A DNA stretch of 64,000 bases from Dehalococcoidia bacterium (lineage in GTDB: Bacteria; Chloroflexota; Dehalococcoidia; UBA2979), in the NCBI GenBank assembly GCA_965262725.1, contig OZ253555.1, forward strand, positions 1,504,001 through 1,568,000. Direction: 5' to 3'. This document shows, in pieces, positions 56,636 to 64,000 of the stretch. The translations under genes and the position numbers were made by a program. Position 1 is the stretch's first letter. Every line of letters begins with the position of its first letter. The notes under the pieces are model-generated. The model did no database searches. It was given only the letters and a program-made list of their open reading frames with translations, and was not told where the DNA came from.

Positions 56636-56809
56636 TCGCCACGCACCGGCGCGATCCCCCCGGGGATGCGCGCCCGGACTCTCTCGGAGTTCGTCGCTCG
56701 CGCAGTATTTGTTGCTGGAGAATCCACGCGCACGGCGCCGCTTGGTGCGGTGCTACACTCACTGGCGTGGACGAGGGCCAGCCGGCCGCCGGCCGGTTGG
56801 CCAGGGCGT

Positions 56810-56884
<75 letters not shown>

Positions 56885-56892
56885 GCCTCTTC

Positions 56893-56922
56893 ACGGGGGC
56901 GGGACACAGGTCCCGCCCCCGT
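56893..56922 (+). terminator. Strong hairpin between tRNA-fMet and 5S
   Basis: CGGGGGCGGGAC-acag-GTCCCGCCCCCG; weak U tail. Confidence 0.45.
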
Positions 56923-57001
56923 TGTGCGTCTACGGGTGGCGGGGCGCACATGCGGCCCCTGGCCGCTTGCCGGTATGGCCGCCGCCGCGAGATACTGTCA
57001 G

Positions 57002-57120
57002 TCTTGGTGGTTAGAGCGCGACGGCCCCACCCGTTCCCATCCCGAACACGGAAGTGAAACGTCGTAGCGCTGACGATACTCCCCGGGCGACCGGGCGCGG
57101 AAAATAGGCCACCGCCAGGA
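57002..57120 (+). rRNA. rrf: 5S rRNA
   Basis: CACCCGTTCCCATCCCGAACACGGAAGTGAA; paired ends. Confidence 0.93.
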
Positions 57121-57319
57121 CTACGCAGTCACACCGCTCTCCGCGGCGCACCGGACGCCGCGGAGACGGTCCAGATGTCTCTGGAACCGCCCCCCGCTGG
57201 CCGCTTCTCGCCTAGGTGCGGCAGCGGGCGCGTGCTATCATTACCCCTCGTGCGTGGAAGGCTGTACGTCCCTCGGGTCACGGCCTACCGCATGAATATC
57301 GACCCAGGAGGCCCGCTCT

Positions 57320-58849
57320 GTGACGAATGCTCCGACACCGCCCGACATCAGCGAATCCGGCCAGCAACCGTCTGGCGGGGTCGACCCCCAGGCATCGGTC
57401 ACGACCGGGTCGCAGGATGGGGGCGATGCACGCGCCCAAGACCTGTCTCCCGATCCCTGGGGCGCCGACAGCGCGATGCCGGACGAAATGGATATGGCGG
57501 CCCTGCTCGACAGCACCACTGTCGGACAGCCGCGTCAGCTCAAGCGGGGTGACGTGCTCGAGGGTGTCGTCATGAGCGTCGAGCGTGACGGCCTGCTCGT
57601 CGATATCGGCTTTAAGTCCGAGGGCATCGTCCCCACCGGTGAGATGCACTCACTCGGCTCCGAGCCACTCTCCAAGATCACCGCCGGAGACAAGGTGCAC
57701 GTCTTCGTCGTGCAGCCGGAGACCTCCGACGGGCAGGTCGGTCTCTCTGTCGATCGGGCGCGTGGCGAGCAGGGATGGATGGTCCTGCAGGACCGCTTCG
57801 AGAGCGGGGAGATCTTCGACGCCGAGATCACCGGATACAACAAGGGCGGCCTGCTCGCCAACGTCGAGGGCGTGAACGCGTTCATCCCGATGTCGCAGGT
57901 CGTCGGCGCGAAGCCGGGCAGCGATAGCACCAACCCGCTCTCGGCTCAGGTGGGCCGAGCGATGCGACTCAAGGTCATCGAGATCAACAGACGTCGCAAC
58001 CGCGTGATCCTCTCGGAGCGTGCGGCGATGCAGGAGTGGCGCGCCGAGCAGAAGGACCGGCTACTTGAGGAGTTGACCGAGGGAGAGATCCGGACGGGAA
58101 CCGTCACCTCCATTCGCAACTTCGGCGTCTTCGTGGACCTCGGAGGGGCGGACGGGCTCGTTCACCTCTCCGAGCTCTCGTGGGACCGCAACGCCTCCCC
58201 CGAGGACCTCTTCAAAGTCAACGACCCGGTCTCCGTCTACGTGATGAAGGTGGATCAGGAGAGCAAGAAGATCGCGCTCTCCATCCGCCGCGCCTCACCG
58301 GAGCAGTGGGAGGAGCTCATCACGCGCTATGCCGTGGGCGATGTGGTCCCCGGCGTCGTGACGAAGATCGTGCCGTTCGGCGCCTTCACCCGTCTGCCCG
58401 GCCCCGTGGAGGGCCTTGTGCACGTATCGGAGGTCGTCGACAGGCGGATCGCCCGCCCCGATGAGGTCCTCAGCGAGGGAGACGTCGTACCGGTGAAGAT
58501 CGTGCGCATCGAGCATGACCGGCACCGTCTCGGCCTCTCCCTGCGCGAGTCCCGCCGCGAGGCGGAGCTACGTGGGTGGGTGTTCGATGACGACGGCCGC
58601 GTCGTGGGAATCGGCGCGGACGGGTCCGAGGAGTTCCCGCAGGAGTCCGCGACCGCCACGGAGCGGCTCGCGCCGCTCCGGCAGGGACTCCAGGAGCGTC
58701 GCGCGCAGCGTGAGGAGCAGGCCCCCGCGAGCGCGGCAGCGGCCGAGCGCGGTGGGCCGGCCACCGACGAGGGCCCCGTCCTGACCGCGATGCAGGCCGC
58801 GATGCGACTGGCGCAGGAACAGCTCGAAGCGGAGAGCGAGGAGCCCTAG
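57320..58849 (+). CDS. rpsA: 30S ribosomal protein S1 (start may be further downstream)
   Basis: Four S1 repeats: VDIGFKSEG, NKGG, FGVFVDLGGADGLVHLSELSW, EGLVHVSE. Confidence 0.92.
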   Translation: MTNAPTPPDISESGQQPSGGVDPQASVTTGSQDGGDARAQDLSPDPWGADSAMPDEMDMAALLDSTTVGQPRQLKRGDVLEGVVMSVERDGLLVDIGFKSEGIVPTGEMHSLGSEPLSKITAGDKVHVFVVQPETSDGQVGLSVDRARGEQGWMVLQDRFESGEIFDAEITGYNKGGLLANVEGVNAFIPMSQVVGAKPGSDSTNPLSAQVGRAMRLKVIEINRRRNRVILSERAAMQEWRAEQKDRLLEELTEGEIRTGTVTSIRNFGVFVDLGGADGLVHLSELSWDRNASPEDLFKVNDPVSVYVMKVDQESKKIALSIRRASPEQWEELITRYAVGDVVPGVVTKIVPFGAFTRLPGPVEGLVHVSEVVDRRIARPDEVLSEGDVVPVKIVRIEHDRHRLGLSLRESRREAELRGWVFDDDGRVVGIGADGSEEFPQESATATERLAPLRQGLQERRAQREEQAPASAAAAERGGPATDEGPVLTAMQAAMRLAQEQLEAESEEP

Positions 58850-59074
58850 GCCTCCCCGGCCCGCCGCCCTCGCCCGATTCCCTCGCAGGGGACCCGTAGC
58901 TACCGCCGGAAGAGGGCGCCCCTCCTGCGTTCGTGCCCCCGGCGGATGTGCCGTCGAGCGGGCGGGCGCCACGACCCAGCCGTGCGGCCGAGGCGGCCCG
59001 GGCGTCCCGTCCCGTCTCGATCGTGCCGAATGCGCCGTGGTAGCCTGAATTGTGAGAACGGACGGAGTCACCTG

Positions 59075-61591
59075 ATGGCCGACCGGTTCGACAAGTTCAC
59101 CGAGCGCGCGCGGCGCGTCCTGACGCTGGCTCAGGAGGAGGCCCAGCGCTTCAACCACAACTACATCGGCACCGAGCACCTGCTGCTGGGTCTCGTCCGC
59201 GAGGGCGACGGCGTCGCTGCGAAGGTGCTGTCCAACCTGGGTGTCGACCTCAACAAGGTGCGCTCGGCGGTCGAGTTCATCATCGGGCGGGGCGACCGCA
59301 GCGGAACGGGCGAGATCGGCCTCACGCCGCGTGCGAAGAAGGTCATCGAGCTGGCCGTCGACGAGGCCCGCCGTCTGAACCACTCCTACATCGGAACGGA
59401 GCATCTCTTGCTGGGCCTCGTCCGCGAGGGCGAGGGAGTCGCGGCCGGCGTGCTCGAGAGCCTCGGCGTGAACCTCGAGAGGGTGCGCGGCGAGACCACA
59501 CGGATCCTCGCACAGACGCAGCCTCAGCAGTCCCGCGCGGCGGTCGGCCAGCGCCAGGCACGCACGCCGACACTGGACCAGCTCGGCGTCGACCTCACGG
59601 CGGCCGCGCGCTCGGGTCAGCTCGATCCGGTCGTCGGTCGCGAGACCGAGATCGAGCGTGTCATCCAAATCCTCTCTCGGCGCACCAAGAACAACCCGGT
59701 GCTGATCGGCGAGCCGGGTGTCGGCAAGACGTCGGTGGCGGAGGGGCTGGCCCACCTCATCGTGGCGGGGGATGTCCCGGACACGTTGCTGAACAGGCGG
59801 ATGCTCACGCTCGACATCGGGCTCTTGGTCGCGGGCACGAAGTACCGCGGGGAGTTCGAGGAGCGCCTGAAGAAGGTCATCGAGGAGATCAAGAGCGCGC
59901 AGAACTGCATCGTCTTCATCGACGAGCTCCACATGCTCGTGGGCGCCGGCGCGGCCGAGGGCGCCGTCGATGCGGCCAACATCCTGAAGCCTGCGCTGGC
60001 GAGGGGTGAGATCCAGGCGATCGGCGCGACCACGCTCGACGAGTACCGCAAGCACATTGAGCGGGACGCGGCGCTCGAGCGGCGCTTCCAGCCCGTACGC
60101 GTCGACGAGCCGACGACCGAGGAGACGATCGACATCCTGAAGGGCGTGCGTGGCGCCTACGAGGAGCACCACAAGCTCTCGATCTCCGACGAGGCGATTC
60201 ACGCCGCGGCAGAGCTTTCCTCGCGCTACGTCTCCGATCGCTTCCTCCCGGACAAGGCGATCGACCTGATGGACGAGGCGTCGGCGCGGGTGCGCATCCG
60301 CCGCTACTCAACACCCCCCCCCGTGAGGGAGGCGACGAGGGGCCTCGAGGCGATCCGCCGCGAGAAGGACCAGTCGATCGCCAACCAGCAGTACGAGTAC
60401 GCCGCCGAGCTCCGTGAGCGCGAGGTGCAGCTGCAGGCGAAGCTCGAGGAGCTTGAGCGCGAGGTCCAGGACGAGCGCGACCAGGACGAGGCGATCGTCA
60501 GCGAGGAGGACATCCGCGATGTCGTCTCGATGTGGACGGGTATACCCCTCTCGCGTCTCGCCTCGGAGGAGTCCGCCCGGTTGCTCGAGATGGACCAGTA
60601 CCTGCGCGACCGCGTAGTCGGGCAGGGTGAGGCGGTCACCGCCGTCGCCAGGGCCGTGCGCCGCGCGCGAGCGGGTCTCAAGGACCCGAAGCGGCCGATC
60701 GGCGTCTTCCTCTTCCTCGGACCGACCGGCGTGGGCAAGACCTACCTGGCGGAGACGCTCGGCGAGTTCATGTTCGGCTCGCGCGACAACATCGTGCGGC
60801 TCGATATGTCCGAGTTCATGGAGAAGCACAACGTCTCGCGGTTGGTCGGCTCACCACCCGGATATGTGGGATACGACGACGGCGGGCAGCTCACCGACCT
60901 GGTGAGGCGCCGCTCCTACTGCCTGATACTGCTCGATGAGGTCGAGAAGGCGCATCCGGACGTCTTCAACATGCTGCTGCAGATCTTCGACGACGGGCAC
61001 CTCTCGGATGCGAAGGGTCGCAAGGTCGACTTCCGCAACACGATCCTCATCATGACCTCGAACGTCGGGTCGGACATGATCCGCAAGAACACGCGGGTCG
61101 GCTTCGAGACGGCGCAGGACGAGGTGAAGACGGCCGAGGGGCAGTACGACCGGATGAAGGACCGCGTGATGGAGGAGGTCAAGCGCGTCTTCCGCCCGGA
61201 GTTCCTGAACCGCATCGACCAGAGCGTGGTGTTCCACCCCCTGCTCAAGGACCATATCCGGGAGATCGTGGACCTCGAGCTGGCCGACCTGCGCACCAAC
61301 CTGCGGGAGAAGGAGATGCAGCTCATCACGACGGAGGCGCTGCTGGATCACCTCGGCGAGAAGGGTTTCGACCCGGTGTTCGGGGCGCGGCCGCTGCGTC
61401 GGGTGATCCAGGACCAGGTGGAGGATCGCCTCTCCGACGCGTTGATCGAGGGCAGCTACGATCCGGGAGACACGATCCGTGCCGATTACCAGGACAGCGA
61501 GGTGATCTTCGAGCGCATGCCGCGCGAGGAGGCCACCGAGCAGGCCCCGGAGACGCCGCCCGAGGAGCAGGAAGCCGTCCTCGCTCCGTAG
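59075..61591 (+). CDS. clpC: ATP-dependent Clp protease ATPase
   Basis: [12 protein letters not shown], two Clp-N repeats, [11 protein letters not shown]-like coil, [11 protein letters not shown] ClpP-docking loop. Confidence 0.95.
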   Translation: MADRFDKFTERARRVLTLAQEEAQRFNHNYIGTEHLLLGLVREGDGVAAKVLSNLGVDLNKVRSAVEFIIGRGDRSGTGEIGLTPRAKKVIELAVDEARRLNHSYIGTEHLLLGLVREGEGVAAGVLESLGVNLERVRGETTRILAQTQPQQSRAAVGQRQARTPTLDQLGVDLTAAARSGQLDPVVGRETEIERVIQILSRRTKNNPVLIGEPGVGKTSVAEGLAHLIVAGDVPDTLLNRRMLTLDIGLLVAGTKYRGEFEERLKKVIEEIKSAQNCIVFIDELHMLVGAGAAEGAVDAANILKPALARGEIQAIGATTLDEYRKHIERDAALERRFQPVRVDEPTTEETIDILKGVRGAYEEHHKLSISDEAIHAAAELSSRYVSDRFLPDKAIDLMDEASARVRIRRYSTPPPVREATRGLEAIRREKDQSIANQQYEYAAELREREVQLQAKLEELEREVQDERDQDEAIVSEEDIRDVVSMWTGIPLSRLASEESARLLEMDQYLRDRVVGQGEAVTAVARAVRRARAGLKDPKRPIGVFLFLGPTGVGKTYLAETLGEFMFGSRDNIVRLDMSEFMEKHNVSRLVGSPPGYVGYDDGGQLTDLVRRRSYCLILLDEVEKAHPDVFNMLLQIFDDGHLSDAKGRKVDFRNTILIMTSNVGSDMIRKNTRVGFETAQDEVKTAEGQYDRMKDRVMEEVKRVFRPEFLNRIDQSVVFHPLLKDHIREIVDLELADLRTNLREKEMQLITTEALLDHLGEKGFDPVFGARPLRRVIQDQVEDRLSDALIEGSYDPGDTIRADYQDSEVIFERMPREEATEQAPETPPEEQEAVLAP

Positions 61592-61650
61592 CGCGCTCGC
61601 CGAGCCATGCCGGGTGTCCGGGGTGTGTGCGCGGTCGTCGCGCCGTCGCC

Positions 61651-62754
61651 CTAACGTCGCCAGCGCTCAGCGGTCCACTGCTCCCGGGAACTCGGCGGCT
61701 CTCGCGCCGCCACGCTCGCTATCAAGCCAGCGGCGAGCGCCAGCGCGACGAGCGCCGACCCCCCCTGCGAGACGAAGGGGAGGGGGATTCCGGTCGCCGG
61801 CAGCAGCCGCAGGTTGACGGCGACATGGACGGTCGCCTGCGCGAAGATCACGGCCGTGAGCCCTGCCGCGAGCACTCTCCCGAGCCGGTCCGGCGCGCGA
61901 GCGGCGGCCACGATCCCCCGGTATGCGATCGTCACGAGCAGGGCCAGCACGCCCGCCGCACCCAACAGGCCCAGCTGTTCGCCGACGAGGGCGAAGACGA
62001 AATCCGACGAGCGCGCGGGCACGAAGGCGAGTGCGGATTCGGTCAGGGGCAGCAGGCCGCGCCCGGTGAGCCCGCCGGAGCCCAGAGCCAGCTCCACCTG
62101 GCTCAGCGTGAAGCCGCTCCCCAGCGGGTCGCGATCGGGATCGACAAAGGTCGCGATGCGCTCGCGCTGGTAGTCGGGCACGGCCAGGGCGAACATGACC
62201 GGCGCCACGGCGAGCGTCGTGACCGCGACGCCGGCGAGCGTCCGCCAGGCTGCGCCCCAGGTGACGACGATCGCGACCCAGACGGCGAGGAGCACGAGAG
62301 CGGTCCCGGCGTCGGGCTGCAGCGCGACGAGCGCGAACGGCGGCCCCACCAGTGCCAGCGAGACGAGGAGCGGACGAGGCGACGGCGGCCGCGCCGCCGC
62401 GAACGCGGCGAGGGCGGCGACGAGCGCGACCTTCGCGAACTCGGATGGCTGCACCGTCGACCCGCCGACCCCGAGCCAGCGCTGCGACCCGAACTCGGTC
62501 TGGCCGATGGCGAGCACCGCTCCGAGCGCGCCGAGGGCGAGCACGTAGGCGACGACGGGCAGAGGCGGTGCGCAGAGCTGCCGGTAGTCGAGGCGGGCCA
62601 GGGTGAGGAGCGCCGCGAGCGCAGCGGCTGCGAAGATCGCCTGGCGCGCGCCGCTGTCGCTGCTGACGGCCGCCATGAGCACGCCGAGAGAGAGCAGCCC
62701 CGCCACCGCGCCGGTCAGCCAGCCGTCCAACCGCCAGCCGAGCCAGGCGATCAC
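61651..62754 (-). CDS. rodA: SEDS peptidoglycan glycosyltransferase RodA
   Basis: GSQRW, QPSEFAK, QPDAGT, DFVF..GE, TGIPLPFVSQGGS; start overlaps the mrdA stop. Confidence 0.88.
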   Translation of the reverse strand: MIAWLGWRLDGWLTGAVAGLLSLGVLMAAVSSDSGARQAIFAAAALAALLTLARLDYRQLCAPPLPVVAYVLALGALGAVLAIGQTEFGSQRWLGVGGSTVQPSEFAKVALVAALAAFAAARPPSPRPLLVSLALVGPPFALVALQPDAGTALVLLAVWVAIVVTWGAAWRTLAGVAVTTLAVAPVMFALAVPDYQRERIATFVDPDRDPLGSGFTLSQVELALGSGGLTGRGLLPLTESALAFVPARSSDFVFALVGEQLGLLGAAGVLALLVTIAYRGIVAAARAPDRLGRVLAAGLTAVIFAQATVHVAVNLRLLPATGIPLPFVSQGGSALVALALAAGLIASVAAREPPSSREQWTAERWRR

Positions 62755-64000
62755 TGCGTGGTCGCCGGGGACGACTGCACTCGCCGGTCGGAGTCCGCGT
62801 AAGCCTCCAGGATCTCCCGGGCCACCGGTGCGGCGTTCCGTGAGCCGATTCCGTGCTCCAGGTAAACGACGATGGCGATCTCGGGCCTCTCGTACGGCGC
62901 CCACCCGAGATACCAGGCGTGGGTGTCGTGGGTCCCGTCCGCGTGGGCGATGCCGAACTCGGCGGTGCCGGTCTTGCCGACAATCGTCATCCCCTCAGGC
63001 TCTCCGTCGACCGCCGTGCCGCCCGGGTCGGCCGCGACTCTCAGCGCGTTTGCCACGACCGCGATCTCTTTGGCGCCGGCCGGAAGCCGCGAGGCGACGG
63101 TGGGGGGGAGCGCGCGCACGCCGTCATCGCCGCGGGTTGCTCCGACGACTCGCGGCACGAGCACGTCGCCCCCGTTCGCGAGCGCCGCGGCGGCGACCGC
63201 CATCTGCAGCGGTGTGACCGAGAGATAGCCCTGGCCGATCCCGAGCGTGTAGGTGTCTCCGAGGAACCAGGGTTCGCCGGTCGCTTCGCGCTTCCACGCA
63301 GGATCGGGGACGAGCCCCGACGCCTCCCCGGGCAGGTCGATGCCCGTCGGGCTCCCGAGGCCGAACGCGCGCGCGTAGCTCGCCACGCGCTCCACGCCCA
63401 GGCCCTCGAAGATCTGCTTGCCGTCCTCCGCGTAGCCGCCGGCGAGGTAGTAGTAGTAGACGTCGGACGACCGCGCGAGCCCCCGGGTAAAGTCGAGTGA
63501 GCCGTGGATGGTCCAGTCCCCGAAGACGTAGGTGATCTCGGGGCTAAACTCGTCCTGCACCGTGATCGAGCCCGTGCTGACGATGCGGGTCTCGGGCGTG
63601 GCGACCTCCTCGATGAGCGCCGCGACCCCGACGATCGGCTTGAAGATCGAACCCGGAGCGTTCACCTCCGCGAGCGTGCGGTCGACGAGCGGCCGCCTGG
63701 GGTCCTCGAGCAACATCGCGAACGCCTCGGCGTCGATTCCTCCCCCGGAAAAGACGCCGGCGTCGACGGTGGGGAGCGAGACGAGCGCCAGCAGGTCGCC
63801 ATTCCGCACGTCGAGGACGACGGCGGCTCCCACCGGCAGTGGCTCCGCGCGATCCGGGGGGTCGTCCGGCCGGGGTTCCGGCAACGCCACGCCGACGGCC
63901 CGCGCGAGCGCGTCGGCGGTCGCGCGCTGGAGCTCGGGGTCGATTGTCAGTACGAGGTCGACGCCGGGCGCCGAGAGCTGCTCGGCAAGGACCTCCAGGA
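62751..64000 (-). CDS. mrdA: Penicillin-binding protein 2; 5' part outside the window
   Basis: LTIDPELQ, PGSIFK (SxxK), SSD, IGQG, KTGTAE. Confidence 0.88.
   Translation of the reverse strand, partial: LEVLAEQLSAPGVDLVLTIDPELQRATADALARAVGVALPEPRPDDPPDRAEPLPVGAAVVLDVRNGDLLALVSLPTVDAGVFSGGGIDAEAFAMLLEDPRRPLVDRTLAEVNAPGSIFKPIVGVAALIEEVATPETRIVSTGSITVQDEFSPEITYVFGDWTIHGSLDFTRGLARSSDVYYYYLAGGYAEDGKQIFEGLGVERVASYARAFGLGSPTGIDLPGEASGLVPDPAWKREATGEPWFLGDTYTLGIGQGYLSVTPLQMAVAAAALANGGDVLVPRVVGATRGDDGVRALPPTVASRLPAGAKEIAVVANALRVAADPGGTAVDGEPEGMTIVGKTGTAEFGIAHADGTHDTHAWYLGWAPYERPEIAIVVYLEHGIGSRNAAPVAREILEAYADSDRRVQSSPATTQ

Overview
High-GC bacterial DNA, probably Chloroflexota (Dehalococcoidia-like; inferred from short 16S helices, a class F sortase and gene content). 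Positions 1-27.7 kb are a rearranged accessory region. It holds a DruE-like DUF1998 helicase at the end of a tRNA(CAT)-targeted island, att sites inverted relative to each other, a type I R-M remnant, cassette-like small genes, pyrF and aroA. It also holds a dense nest of mobile elements inserted into one another. An IS110 element has bridge-RNA guides that can be read from the sequence and match IS21 terminal repeats. A group II intron is inserted in an IS1380 terminal repeat, and its RT gene is interrupted by an IS5 and by a second, ORF-less group II intron (twintron). IS1202-like, IS5-like and IS630 elements follow. Positions 28-64 kb are mostly core or metabolic: an uncharacterised amidohydrolase/CoA-transferase/CitE/cyclase/PrpD operon, tRNA-Val with a MITE-like unit, an MFS pump, a sortase with its likely substrate, a methylmalonyl-CoA mutase cluster, tilS, an rRNA operon (16S-Ile-Ala-23S-fMet-5S), rpsA, clpC, rodA and a partial mrdA. 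All calls come from motif recognition by eye; no database searches were run.
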